From: Chlorokybus atmophyticus
Taxonomy: Eukaryota; Plantae; Mesostigma and Chlorokybus algae
NCBI GenBank assembly: GCA_009103225.1
Contig: RHPI01000026.1
Coordinates: 625,717 to 689,716 of the forward strand
Reading direction: 5' to 3'
DNA: 64,000 nt
Shown piece after piece: positions 1-12,959 of this stretch. Every line of letters begins with the position of its first letter. Within the stretch, counting starts at the first letter, position 1. The notes under the pieces are model-generated. The model was given only the letters and a program-made list of their open reading frames with translations. It was not told the origin of the DNA and did no database searches. A program made the position numbers and the translations under genes.

Positions 1-196
1 AGTGCTTATCAGACTACAACAACCACTGAGCTGATGCCAGCGCGCGCGCATGCACACATGAATGGAAAAGATGCAATGCTTGTACAAACACACGCATACA
101 CACACACACACACGCACGCACTGGACATGCATGTATATATATACTGATGGGATGAGCGGACCAGGACAAACCAACAACCACCTTGGCTTGCTTACT

Positions 197-1370
197 TCCG
201 TACGATTGGCCACGCGACTCGCAGTACAACGCCTGGATGTTGAGCACCTCCCTGACTGTGTAGAAGACCCTCCACAGCAGGGTGGCGTCCCGCAACCGCC
301 GGCCAAAGACCTTCCCGGCACACCCCACCTGTCGCAGGAGCCGCAGCCGCCTTGCCCTCTGTTTGTGGTTCCGTTCCAGGTGGTACGCCCGGGCGTACGT
401 CAGCTTCGGCACTTGCTGCGGAGGTATCGCCTTCAGCGCAGGAAGCCAAACATACCTGTTGCATACAACAATCAGTCGCGAGCTGACACGGCTTGCAGGA
501 TAATCTGTTGTCAAAACACATACATACGCGCGCACACGCATGCACACACGCGTACGCACATACACAAACACGCGTGTGCCCATGTGCATGTGTTGTCTGA
601 TTGTTACGACACATGCGTGTGCACACACGCACCCACGCGCGCATGCGCACAAACAGGCAAACACACACGTGCGCGCGCGCATATACGCACGCGGGAACAG
701 CCTACACAAGCGTCAACACTCACCGGCACTGCAAGTGGTTGTCATTCTGGAACTTCAAGACCGCCATGGCGCTGCTCGCCGGCAGCGTGGACGGTGCGTT
801 AGGGAGCAGCATCTGTCTGACCCATAGAGCTGGGAGCTCAGCCAACTTTCGGCAGCCTTTCGACACCATCGCGAACCGCGCCAAATCCCTCGCATCCAAG
901 TGCAACATAATCTTGACTGTGATGTCTGCTGGCACAGGAAAAGGACTGGCCTGCGCCACCACCCAACAGTTTTCAACACCTTTCAGTGGGCATGTAAACA
1001 AACCAGCTTGACTAATGCACGCGTGTTGACACTCACCTTGTCTATTCTGTGCACATCGGCTACGAGTGCTCTCAAACAGGCAGCATAATCCGGAGGATCG
1101 TGTATTTCTTCAGTTGTGGATGATGATGGACAGTTGGGCAGCGCGGCGGCCTGCACGGAGTCGTACACGCCCATCTGCAGACCCTCCTTGAGCCTGATGT
1201 CTCCCAGAATCGCCAGGACTTGCGCGGGCCGCTGAGGGTTGTCGCTTGTCTCATCGGAGCGAATGCCCAACAGCAATGATGTGACAGATGAGTGAGAGCG
1301 GCCGGGCGGCAAACCGTTCGGCCACTGCGACAAACCGGTCTTTTCTTTATCATCCCACAAGGGCGGCCTG
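197..1370 (-). CDS. F-box domain protein, multi-exon and partial. It runs off the window start, and further 5' exons may lie at ~1640-1970 and ~2440-2960.
   Basis: The 720..1001 ORF contains VPADITVKIMLHLDARDLARFAMVSKGCRKLAELPALW, an F-box pattern (LP..I..I...LD..DL......VSK..R.L.....LW). GT-AG splicing joins it in frame to flanking GC-rich ORF segments: ...VHRIDK|gtgagt(~1036)..cag|ASPFPVPAD..., then ...HLQCR|gtgagt(~724)..cag|YVWLPALK..., with a gtaagc donor at ~196. Confidence 0.6.
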
Positions 1371-3370
1371 AGGTTAAACGAGGAGCCCAACTCAGTAGAC
1401 AAGCGTGTAATTCACATCTCCCAGTCGCATGTGCAACCTCTTCTCTTCACAAACAACACCGTATCCAACTGGATGTGTTTGAAAACATTGCACGACTCAC
1501 CTGCCCTGAGTCGCGCGCCATACGCGCTGCCATATCCGCGTTGCAGCGGCTATGCAGCGACTGCCAACGAACTTGACAATCTGCAGACAAGTACCAAACA
1601 GCATATTGATATGAGTCTAGATTTTGTAATGACTGCGCATCTATAAAGTAGGCAGCCATACAGCCCTGCAAGAGTGTTGATTGAACAGATCTTTGCACAT
1701 CGATGCATTGCGAGTTGTCACCAGATGAGCTCCTTGTCCGCCGGCGTGAAGCACGACCGCCTGCAGCCATTTGTGAAGCGCGTATGCGGCAACCAGTCTG
1801 GCGGAGACGAGCGGATTCAAGTCAGCGCCGTGCAGTGCTGTCCAAAATGTTGTGGGCCCGTCGATGAACAACGGCCCATGGAAGAACATGTACGGCAGGG
1901 CGGGAGGCAGCCCCAGCAGCAATGCGCGAGGGAGACCCACGCGACGTATGGCTTTGTAGCCCAGCGCGCCCTGCGGTTGAATTGTCAACTTGCAACTTGT
2001 CGTATGCAACTCACAAGCGTACACAATAAGACACAACACGCAAGCACGCCTGCACAACTACCTAACATCAGCGTGCACAAAGTCAGTGTGCACAGTGTAA
2101 ACTTGTGTGTACACACGCATGTATTAAGCCCGCAAGAACAACTGTTTGCCGTATGCTTCCGAACACAGGTGTCCGCTATCAAAGCACATGTCTATCACAG
2201 CTGCTGGCAGGCTGTGTCAGTTGAAGACAAGCGAGTACTGTACACTGCGTTGCGCACATTGACTACTGACATAAGCGTCCTTGTTGGACAACATGACGAT
2301 TGCACACTTGAGGATTGCACTATGATGTATTCAGTTGAAATAGACTAGACATGTTGTGACGCAGGAGGCAGCGGCGACAAGGTCTGCCAGCTAGCCAACA
2401 ACAGGGAATGCGGGCTTTGCCTCTCTAGCTGAAACGCCTTCACATCAATGACAGTACCCACTGACTTGTAACTCTTGCTTCTCACCAACATCGCATGCTT
2501 GAATCATGTCACTTGGAGTGACGAAGGCATTGCACACTACCGTCAACATTACTTCGCATTGTTGCAGACAAGTTGTCTTCGACAAGACAGCGCCAACAAC
2601 AATGCCAAACGATAAGCTGACAGCCTGTTTCAGGCTCAAGGCTGATTGTACGCTCAATCCGTATAGTTCGCCTGTAAGTAGTTACAGCTTGCATTGCCAC
2701 CAAGTGTGCGCGACATTGACAATCCGTATTGCAGGCCACAACTGGTCAAAACAGAAGCCACAGCAGCAAGCCTCACCTTAACCAACCGAGTGCAGAGAAC
2801 TTGGCCGGGCGCTCCCCTGGCGCTTCGACCGTCCATTGGCGTCCAGCTGACTACAGATAAAATTTTCAAGCCTGCACAACCACTACCAGGCCACACCAGG
2901 CCGAACCCAACCAGGCAGGTCACGTCAACGCCAGCTTGTTTGCAGCCAGCAAGCAGCTCCACTGACTAATCCAACGACACACGCGTCAACAATAATGGCA
3001 TCCATTCAATGTCACACACGACAGCACCCCGCAAGCCAACCACCATGATAACATCGCCACCGCTGCCGCCGCCGCCGCCACCGCCACCGCCGCAGCCAAA
3101 TACACCCCTGTAAGACGAATACACCGCACAAAGCGACACGAACAAGCGTATCATGTTACACCAACAAACCGTCACGCGATACGCGGCACACACCGAGGCA
3201 GGATCATACGGTTCACATTAAGGTATTGTGGTTCAGATTGCTCACTAGAGCTCATTCTATTGAACGAATGAACCCATGTGATCAGTGGATTTGTACCGTT
3301 CATACTGATCAGTATTGATCTCAAGAGTTGGTGACTGACCCCTCTAAAGTGAGTCTCTACCAGCAGGGCT

Positions 3371-3383
3371 GGCCCAAACCCTA
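3371..3383 (+). promoter_or_regulatory. Site II-like (GGCCCA) plus telo-box (AAACCCTA) module upstream of RPL24
   Basis: GGCCCAAACCCTA lies ~100 bp before the RPL24 ATG, and further TAGGGTTT copies occur in intron 1 (~3598, ~3686). The site II + telo-box pairing is an established feature of plant ribosomal-protein promoters. Confidence 0.65.
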
Positions 3384-3482
3384 GCCGCCGCCTCCGCACA
3401 AACCCTCTTTCAGGGCGTCGCCGTCGCCGCCGCCGCGGGCACGGGAGGGGGAGGGGAGGGGCGCGTCGTTGCTGTCGTCGCT

Positions 3483-4916
3483 ATGGTGCTCAAGTAAGTG
3501 GTTGCTGGTGTCGTTGTCGTGAGCGGCGCTGTTGGGGTTCGTGAAGTCTGGGACAATGCGGTTGGGATTGTCCCTGTGGAGCGCCGGATTGTCTGGCTAG
3601 GGTTTCAGGCCAAGCTGCAACAGCAGTTGCAGCCTGGCCTGCAACCCGCAGACAGCTCACCGTTTTCTAAGTTGTGATCTCCGCGTAGGGTTTTGCTGCA
3701 TTTGCTAAATGCATATCGCTGTTGGTTGGTCAATTGCAAATGGGTTATTTAGAATCAGTAGCGGGACGTTAGGTTCAATGTAGTAGGTGCCAGTGCATGA
3801 TCTAGCGTCTTGTGAAGTATGCGCCTGAAGCTTTTGTTGACCTTTACAGCACATGCTTGCAGCTTGGGTACTGTGTCAAGCTGTGAGCTGTTTGGTCCAG
3901 CACAATACATCGATCGTAAATGGTCTTTGATCAAGTTAACATGGGCTGGGTTGTAAGCTCGTGCAAGTAGTTGATGGTGCTTGACGAATTGCATATACAT
4001 TGCTGTCAACTATTAGAGTTCGCGAGCGTGAGTCATGTCAAGTATTGACTGTGCATCACCTGAGTCTCTGCTAGGCTATGCACGTGTGGTTCTTGTATGC
4101 TGACTCGGGATAACACAACAGGACAGAGACCTGCCGCTTTAGCGGTCTTCGTATCTACCCTGGCCATGGCATGCGATATGTCCGCGGCGACTCACAGGTT
4201 TGTAGCATCGTGCATTCTAGTTTTGGAATGCTGCCTTGGAGATTCAGCATGTATACCAAATTACGTTTGCGCATGTGTCTCTTCGTTAAGCTGTAGACAG
4301 GCATTGCTTGATGGCTGTAACATGTGCTGTGCGCAGATGTTTGTGTTCCTGAACGCAAAATGCAAGCGCTACTTCCACTTGCGCTTGAAGCCGGCCAAGC
4401 TCGCTTGGACTGTGCAGTACCGCAAGTCGCACAAGAAGGTCAGGCTGCCAACTATCATTTGCTCGCATGCATAACAATGCATGCGAGTGCAACAGTGTTC
4501 ATAGCAGAGCAAATCGTGTTCTGTTTATGAATGCCACATGTCAATAGGGCCAAGTTGAGGAAGTCCACCGCAAGAAGCGCCGCGCCAACAGCAAACCGTA
4601 TCAGCGATCCATTGTCGGTGCATCACTGGAGGTGATCCAGAAGCGCCGCGCAGAGAAGCCTGAGGTCCGCGCTGTCAACCGCGACGCCGCACTTCGGTAA
4701 GCAATATGTTGTCAATGTTGTCAATGGTGCTCGGTTTATCTTGGGCTAATCTGTTCATGATACCTGGGCAGGGAAGTGAAGGAGCGCGCCAAGAAGACAA
4801 AGGAGGAGAAGCGGGTCAAGAAGGTAGAGACTCAGGCCAAGGCCAAGACCACCTCTGCCAAGGCGCCCACCCGCTCTCAGGCACCCAAGGCAGGTGCCAA
4901 GGTTGGCAAGCGGTAA
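3483..4916 (+). CDS. RPL24: 60S ribosomal protein L24 (eL24). Exons 3483-3493, 4122-4197, 4337-4438, 4548-4696, 4772-4916.
   Basis: The spliced product reads [121 protein letters not shown]...GAKVGKR*. All four introns are GT-AG and keep the frame. Confidence 0.97.
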
Positions 4917-5693
4917 ACATTGCTTGCTCGCCAGACCATATTGTAGAGTGGACGTGTATGCTGTTGTTGAAGCAGGTTTCGCACATGCTCTTGTTGCTTT
5001 GTGCACAACCTGTGGTTGGACCCCGTGAGAGGACCATTGCTTGCGTGCACCAGTGGCGTCTGGCAGCAACAGCTGCTCCTTGTACATGCATTGCTGCTTG
5101 CACAACACTATCAGCCCTTTGCGCAGATGGGGATGCTTGGCATACTTCAGCAGCTTCTCTCAGATTTTTGTTCGGGCTGTGCGCACAGTTGTGACACAGC
5201 CTTACTGTAGTTCCGCGCCATTCAACATGCAGTGCTTGTCCGCTCTGGTGATTGAGAGAGCCTCTCTTAATCCCTGAGGCAGTGCGTGCATCCCATGCTC
5301 ATCAGTATTGCTAGCTAGGCCCAAGCTATACAGCAGCAGCCGGACAAAGACTGGCTACCATACTTGTTGCATACAAATCACGATTACATAGCACAAGGGG
5401 GACTGCGAAAAGACTGAATCCAGACCCTAGCGCTGAATGCACGCGTGCAATGTGATGAGGTAGAGTAGGGGGTGTAGTGCAGAGGCAGTGTGGGACAACG
5501 CCCTGCGCCACAGATCTGCAATCAGCTCCTGCCGATTGGCAGTACCATGGCAGTGGTGTGCTATGTTGCTGCCATGAGCTACAAAGCAGTCTACTCCTTA
5601 TGTACATGTGTACAGCGAGTCACACAGCAGCCTACCCCTTTTGTACATCTGCACATTATAGTCCCGAGGGGGGGGGGGGGGGGGGGGGGGGGG

Positions 5694-5843
5694 NNNNNNN
5701 NNNNNNNNNNNNNNNNNNNNNNNNNNNNNNNNNNNNNNNNNNNNNNNNNNNNNNNNNNNNNNNNNNNNNNNNNNNNNNNNNNNNNNNNNNNNNNNNNNNN
5801 NNNNNNNNNNNNNNNNNNNNNNNNNNNNNNNNNNNNNNNNNNN
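5694..5843. other. Assembly gap (150 N) flanked by poly-G
   Basis: A run of N follows a G homopolymer at ~5668-5693. Confidence 0.99.
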
Positions 5844-6189
5844 GGGGGCGGGGGGATGGGCGGGATAGGTTTGTGTACAGGATGCGCGCGCGCGGTCGTT
5901 GTAAGTATGCCTTTCAGCGCCGCGCATCATATATAACAATTGACACGTATCTCAATGCCGCATACACGACCACCGGGCTATATCTCGAAATCTACCTTCT
6001 ACTCTACCCCTTCCTACCACCCCCAGCTAGTCATGCATGCATGCATCTACGGCAGTGGTAATCACTTGCACAGCGGCTGTGTGGTGCCATGGTGACTGCA
6101 TCACAGGGCAAGCATTCGCACGTTTATTGCAGCACGGTTGCATGAATGTCGTTGTTAGCAAAGCACATGATGACTGATGCATCTCCTAG

Positions 6190-9100
6190 TGCATATATGT
6201 CAATGATAGTTGCACGTGACAGCGCACAGGCTGCTGATTATGTGCATGACAACTTATCTGCAGACATGTCAACAACATGGTCTTGTGGACTGGTATTTAC
6301 ATTGCAGACCCCTATACAGTCAAGTACTTTACAGGTATGCAACAGCACAATATTGCTTATTAACTACCGCCCAGGCTGCCTACCCTTTGCAAATTTGCAG
6401 CCATTGGGTTGTATGCTGGCTGCGGTAACCACACGTTGTGACACTAATATACATGAACTACAACAAAACTGGCCTTTCAGCTCCACATTGCTACATTGCT
6501 TACACACACATGTACACACTCTTAACAGCGAGTGTAGACGGGGCAGCCGCCCGCGGGACACCGTGCTGGACAGCTTGCTGGCTTGGTGAGCGCAGTGGAG
6601 TTGGCAGTCTATCGACACACATAAAGAGGGTGTGTCACTCCCATTATTTAGAAAGAGTGACTGAGAGACATGTGCAACATGTGTACACTTACATCGATGC
6701 CTGCGGGTGATGGACACGCCGTCCCTCCGCCCGCTACATCATTCTACAAGCAAAAGCATAACAGTTAAGAGAGTATGTGCAACTCACAACCAGGCCAGCC
6801 AACCCCTGTCAGCATGTTGTTGTGTAAATAACTACAACAACAATGAAGTGTACTCACCCCGCCGCCACCAAAGTCCCCAATTTCCGCTACATTGCGGTTC
6901 GGTCCTTTCCCAAACGTGCAATAGTTGAAAGCTGAGCGGCCCTGCTCGTATAGACCCGTAGAGACACCGCCGCCGACACCGCCAGCGCTGCCTGGAAGTT
7001 GCTCGCAGTAGTATACCACAGCCCTGTATGATGCAAGGAGAGTGTTTGCGTGTGCGTGTTTGCGGGTCTCACTATATGTCCAAATGTTGAGTGCATAATG
7101 TCTGCTTACTTGTTGCGGAAGAAAGAACATCTGTTGAAGCGTGCATAGTTGCCGTCGTTGATGTAAACACCAGCGCCGCTCTGCGTGCAATTCAGTATTG
7201 GTAAGCTCACCAACACCAAGCTTCTAGCAATTACAACACAGACAGCAACGTGCGTGCATGTGCATGTGCATGTGCATGTGCATGTGTGCGTGTGTGTGGT
7301 AGTATTTGCCAAAAGCTAGATGACACCAATCCATGGCATCGTGCAAGGCTTGCAACACTTACATAGGCAACATTGTCCTGGAACGTGACATCAGTAGCGA
7401 ATAGGTTGCCTTTGGAGACGGACACAGCACCGCCTCTGAAGTCAACCTGTTTGCACACATGCATACACGCACACAGTAGTCAGTAGTATGGGCGCACAAG
7501 TCAGGAGGCGAAGCCTTCATGCACACAAGTGCGAGTGCACACAAACCACCACCACTCACGCATATAGAAAAGATGCAGTGCTTCAACACACCATGTTGCA
7601 TGTGTTGTTGGTGTTGGTGTTGGCTCCCTGTAAGACGAGGTTGGACAGCGAGAGCGAGCCACCCGTCTGGACAATAATGTTGCCCTGCTGGTTGCCATCA
7701 AGGGTCTTCCTCGCACCGCACCCGCGTATGAGCACGCTGTGCGTGATTTTGAGAGGGCAACATGTTGGGCAGGGGAATCCGTCACACAACTTGTCGACAC
7801 AACATTTGGGCCAGGTGATGTCCTGGGCCACATTCACCACGCGGCGACGGCAGCCAGCTGGCGGGGGCGTTTCAACTGCATGCTTCAGTTCTTTGAAGGT
7901 CCTCACCACAACTGCGCAGGAGATGGTTCACGCTTGTTGGGTCAAGTCGTGTGTGGATGTGTGCGTCGCGGTGCGAGTCAGAGTGTTGGGTGAATGTAAT
8001 GCAGACTTACCTCCGCAAGCTGCCGCAGTTTTACGCCAAGGAGAGTTACGATGGTAGTTCCACAACAACGGCAGGCGTGAGTTGTCATCAACACAATCCA
8101 ATTGCAACCCATGACACTCAGAGTGTGCGTGCGCGCATGTGTGCATGTATGCGAATATGTGCGTGCAAACGCGTGCGTGCAAGCACACGTGTGCAATGCA
8201 CACTCTGCATATGTATCATTACTTGGTGTTGTCGACTGGCATGCGGACGGACCACATATAGTTCCCGGGTCAACATGCCCACCAATGGTGCCATCCTCAC
8301 TCCACGCAATGAAGTCTCTGCTGTCCGATTGCACGCTCCCAGCAAACGTCACTGCCAGGAGTAGGGTGTGGTGGTGAGAGACTCCCAACACAGCTTGTGG
8401 ACTTGTGCAACAGTGCATCACACATGCCGATCAGCTGCTCACCAGTGAATGTAGTCTTCAAGGCATTGGCGGGAAAGCCAAAGTTCCAGCGGAAGAAGTA
8501 GGAACCTATCTTGACAATCTGCACAGGCGGGTCGCTGCTTGCAATGCCTGAACACACACGTGCGCGTATTAGCTATCTGCTCTCCACATGCTGTCACTCT
8601 GAACACAGAAGAAAAGAGTTGTCACAGACAGACAAAGTCACATACGTGCACGCACGCACACACACACGCGCACCATCCAACACACCTACCCTTTGGTCCC
8701 CACTCTGGGAACTTTCCATTGGCCAAGCAGTCCGGGATCGAGATGGAGAAGCTGGTCAAGCGCGCGGGACGCTGCGTGGTCTTGCGCGTGACGGTGTACG
8801 TGAAGGTGGTCTCACCGCCGGACTGCGTCACTTGGGACTGGATGGTGTACGCACCAGATGTCACCGCAGAAGTGCAGACTGCAATAAAAAGAGGAGCACT
8901 TGTGTGTGGTGCATGCTGTGCACCACCACCACCACCACCACAGTATATACAAGCCATCATCCAACGCTGATAACTTGTATATGCTTATGTGCGTGCTATG
9001 CGTGCACGCAAGCGCGCCTTTGCTGACACGTGTGGTGTTTCATGGCGTTCGCAAGGAGTTTACACCAGTATTGCATTACAGCGGCAGGGTAGTGTACATG

Positions 9101-10168
9101 TACTGTCAACTTAACCCCGCTTGCTTCCGCAATTACATGCCGAGCAGAGATTCTGACGTCACCTGCGCTGCATGTGGCTGTAATGGCCAGCAGCAACACT
9201 GCGACAACCGCCAAACCAGGTGCTCTCGCCATGTTGAAGCTGCAGGAAATGAGCAATCAATAACCAGTTTGACACAATATAAACCGCTACCATCGACAAG
9301 TTCAACTTTGAGTTGTTTGCACGGTCAACTGGTGACTGTGTGCATGCAAAAGGACAGCTGTCAACGTTTGAGTACGGGACTCTTGCATGCGGTTGAATTT
9401 CAGCCCAAAGCAGCATTTGCCTCAAGCAGGCTGCAGATATGCAAACTAAAAAACATGCAAAGTTGCTTGCTAGTTGACAATGACAGCAGTGTCGGCAGCC
9501 TGCCGTGATGTGACGTGATGCCCCAGTCACATCACGGCACATCTCACTGCCAACCATCTAATGGGCAGAGCAGGGCAGCAGCTGTGCTTGTCAACCGACG
9601 AATGCAAGCTTCGCGAAGCACAATCGCATGCACAGCTGTTCTCAGCAAGGCGGTCAGTTACCAGCAAGCAAGCAAGCAGGCAGCGCAAATGACCACACCA
9701 CTGGCCAGTGCAGTGTACAGCAGCGCAGTAAGTAAGAAAGAAAGAAAGCAGTAGCGCACAGCTTGTGTGCATAGCCTCAAGCTGCAACGCTGTCATCAAC
9801 TACCACTTACCACTAGGCCTACTGCTTCTCTGCAGCACCGCTGCCGCCGCAGGCATTCCCGTGAACACGACACCCACACTGCAGTGATATACACATGCAC
9901 TACTGTATGTTTGTCCGCTGCAGGCTTCGGCAGCAAAGCGCGTGCTGCTCCGCACTCGGTTAATCCGCCAACAGTATCGCAGGTTATTCGCAACAACATG
10001 TAACCGCGTTACTGCGGCAGTTACCGCAAAATAATTAATGTATCCGGGTCAGCATGTGCTGAGCAGCTTGGCAAGCACTGCTTGGCAAGCGGTTGCGCAG
10101 CTGCATGCTGCATGCTGAGCATTGCTTGCGTGTCGGCTGCCTGACACAGGAGAGAATATGTCAGCACG
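6190..10168. repeat. Segmental direct duplication, copy A (pairs with ~25300-29197)
   Basis: The two regions are colinear in exons, introns and upstream DNA. Examples: cagcgcacaggctgctgattatgtgca at ~6220 vs aagcgcacaggctgctgattatgtgca at ~25328, and gcttggcaagcgg(t/c)tgcgcagctgcatgctg at ~10079/~29119. Confidence 0.9.
6522..9232 (-). CDS. Secreted protein, copy A: signal peptide plus GGA(V)/FxxN parallel beta-helix (pectin-lyase-like / Pmp-like) repeats, about 10 exons
   Basis: The N-terminus MARAPGLAVVAVLLLAITATCSAGD is signal-peptide-like. GT-AG-bounded exons are conserved with copy B: SGAYTIQSQVTQSGG...PEWGPK; GIASSDPPVQIVK...; VRTFKELKHAV...TLDGNQQGNIIVQTGGSLSLSNLVLQGAN; GGAVSVSKGNLFATDVTFQDNVA; GAGVYINDGNYARFNRCSFFRNK; GGVGGGV...; last exon KPASCPARCPAGGCPVYTRC*. 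Confidence 0.7.
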
Positions 10169-10820
10169 GGCACCCCGGCGGCGAATGAAGAGATACAGGG
10201 TGGATCTAATTGCTGTGGATAATAGGTACCTTGCAGGATGGCAGTGTCCATAAGTTAAAGTTGTTGGTCGATCGGTCAGCTCAGCCACCTTCACAAAACG
10301 ATCTAGATAAGTAACCATTGAGTTGCGCGATGGGAAACGTACAGGTGGAAGTGCTGGCTGGTCAACCAATTGATCATACTTAAGCATGAAATCATCAACT
10401 CTCACATGCCGCACACAAAAGAACAACTGTTGCAATTTTCCTAGTGGATAGCGGTGCTGACAAAACCACCATCATTACCTTGGCATAGAATACGTGTGGG
10501 CAAAGGGGAAGGCAAACGAGGGGATGTACTGCGGAGGCAGCGTTGGACAGCAATCTGCGCCATTGTGTCGTTATCGGATTTAGCAAAGGCTAGTGGTGTT
10601 GTGCAGGACAGGTCCGAGGGTTATGTTGTCTTGCACATATGTAGAAGGGGACGTGCTTTTTGGACGGGATGTTGTAACATGCTGAAACGTGATTGAAAAA
10701 GTAAATAGTATGCTTGTTGCTATGCTTGTAACCGGCTTTCGCTAGCATATGCGCTGATCAAATACTAGAATGACCAAGTCACCTTCCACCATAGTATACA
10801 TGTTGTGCCATGAATGAGAC

Positions 10821-11044
10821 AGTCAACAAATCACTGCTATAGATTGTGCTGTTTACACAATTTACAAAAGTGGGTCATGAACTACACTGTTTATATAAGG
10901 TGATTGAGCACGGAACTCGTGGATGTAATGCCCTGACTGATGCTGACATTTACACCGTCAAACAACCACCACCAAGCTCACATCATGTGACAAGCAATGT
11001 GCACAAGAGCATGTATAGTCTCTCATGCGCTAAGGGATTCTTGG
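10821..11044. repeat. Dispersed repeat; inverted, diverged homologue of 48294-48514
   Basis: gtgctgtttaca...cgtggatg(ta/ct)atgccctgactgatgc...gtgcacaaga(g/a)catg...gggattcttgg aligns with the reverse complement of the region upstream of the DNMT-retrotransposon gag. Confidence 0.75.
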
Positions 11045-11439
11045 CAATCGAAATGGTTGTACTTTCATATTTGAAGTGCAGCCTGCGCTGTAGAAGGATT
11101 GATTACCCTACTTGTGGCTTGTGCAAAAGTAGTGTTCCATCTTTGCAACGAGGTCGTTGCATAGCAAGTGGGGAGGAATGTCACGCGGATAAGGCTGGCG
11201 ACAGGTTTTTTTAGTTAATTACTTTGATAGTAAGATTGTGGCTGCGGGATCATCCCAATGACTATCCATGTGGACGTATCGCTTAATAGACCATATCGTC
11301 TATCACTGCTTGAAGATGTGTAATGTATGATAGATTGAACCCCACAGTCACGTTCAAGTTTCTCGAGGATGATTGGGCCTGATTACACAAGGCATTGATG
11401 AGGGCTAGCCCAGAGCTAGCTAATGCCTATGGCCATATG

Positions 11440-12929
11440 TGACACGGGGGCCCTTTTTCTTACCTCCATGTGACTTACTCGGATGGCAAAGGGTACGTTG
11501 GTTCATTCAGACACTTATTAGCGACTTTGTTTACACGCCGAATGACTTCATTCGGCAAGCCCTATATTCGGACTTGGGCGGCTCCGCCAATTTCGCATCA
11601 ATTCGCAACTTCGTGTTTCCCACCGATACCTATCTCGGCTTCACTTTTCCCAATCTAGAAGTTCACTTAGCGACTTCGCCGAGAACCATTCTCTCATGAA
11701 TGAACTTCTTCACTCCGGCTAAGGACAGCGCGGTCAGGCACCTAAGAGTGGGAGGGAAAAGGAGAACTACCAGCCAACTGGGCTTGTAGCTCCCCCTCAC
11801 CTCACATTGGATTGAACTCACTTGACCTAGTTAAGCGAGGTGGCGTGTTTGAAACTGGTCGTGAAACTCGCATACCTTTTCAATTTGCATAAACATACTT
11901 GTGGTCGTAGGATCGGCGGATGCCTTGGCTTACATGCAAGTAGCAATTAAATACTCAATCACTTGCGATTTCTTACACCGTCGTAATTGAGTGTTTTTAC
12001 GTGCGTGCCAAGTGGGAGTCAAGGACTTGGAAATTTTCGCAACTCTGCGAAGCTAGCTTTACTCGCACGCTCTCTTCTATGGCCGCAAGGACACTGCGTA
12101 TTTCTAACTACTCGGCCCTTAAGTAAGGATCATTGATTGATTTACTTTGAATCAGCATATGTTGCAAGTAAACTTGCGCCCTTTGATTAGTTGTTTGTCC
12201 CAAATGCCTATGGGGATCCTTTGCTGGCTCTTTCCAACTATTCCGCACTATAAAACTTGCACATATGTGCTATGCTTCGAGAAGACCGTTTGCATTAATG
12301 TGATATGAGAGTTTCGCATGATGCAGGGCTTTAACACCGGGTGTGACCTCCAACACCGTGCACCTTCTCAGTTCCCAATTGAGGTGGGGAAATTTCCTCA
12401 GCCTTTAAAGTGTCATTAGTAACGGCAATGATGCAATTGCATACCCCAGATTCTCGCAAGGTCAGCTCCATTACATCAACCAGATTGGGTATATTTTGGG
12501 TTGTCCCCAAAAACAATTTGAAAAACGCTTATCAATCATAGCGAAAGACCGCCCAAGATAAGCCCACATTCATTTATTCGATCAAATGCCTTTGCACGAT
12601 TCAATAGCTTCTCCGTCCCTCAAATATGATTCAACCACCGCTTTATGGGTAGTTTGCGCTTGGCTTACTACCATATTCATGGGTGACAGTTGTAGCAGGT
12701 TGGTACCTACTTAAGTTAACTGTAGAAAGTGGATCTGCCACCATGCGTGAGTTCGCTTACGTGTGGTGTCTCATTTTCCACTCTTGGTTGCAAGTCCCTA
12801 CCATGGACTTAAGCAATGCTTGCACGCTTACACTTAGCCACATAACTGTTAACTTCCTAATTCAACATTAATTAACCCACTAGTTCATTACTTATACAAT
12901 GCACACAGCTTACAATTAGCTTCGTGACA
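11440..12929 (-). repeat. 3' LTR of the chromovirus
   Basis: TG...CA termini; colinear with 20339-21132 plus 23307-24037 (shared gtgggagggaaaaggagaactaccagccaact and ggatcctttgctggctc). Confidence 0.88.
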
Positions 12930-12959
12930 TTCCTCCCCCTTCTACTTTAAAGCGGCCTC

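Noticed and set aside
14-802. Long ORFs rich in HTHT/CVCV (also many similar ones window-wide)
   Set aside because: They are translations of (CA)n/(TG)n intronic microsatellites or antisense frames of real exons.
3494-4121. Intronic snoRNA in RPL24 intron 1
   Set aside because: No convincing C box (RTGATGA)/D box pair with a terminal stem was found by eye; snoscan/Infernal would be needed.
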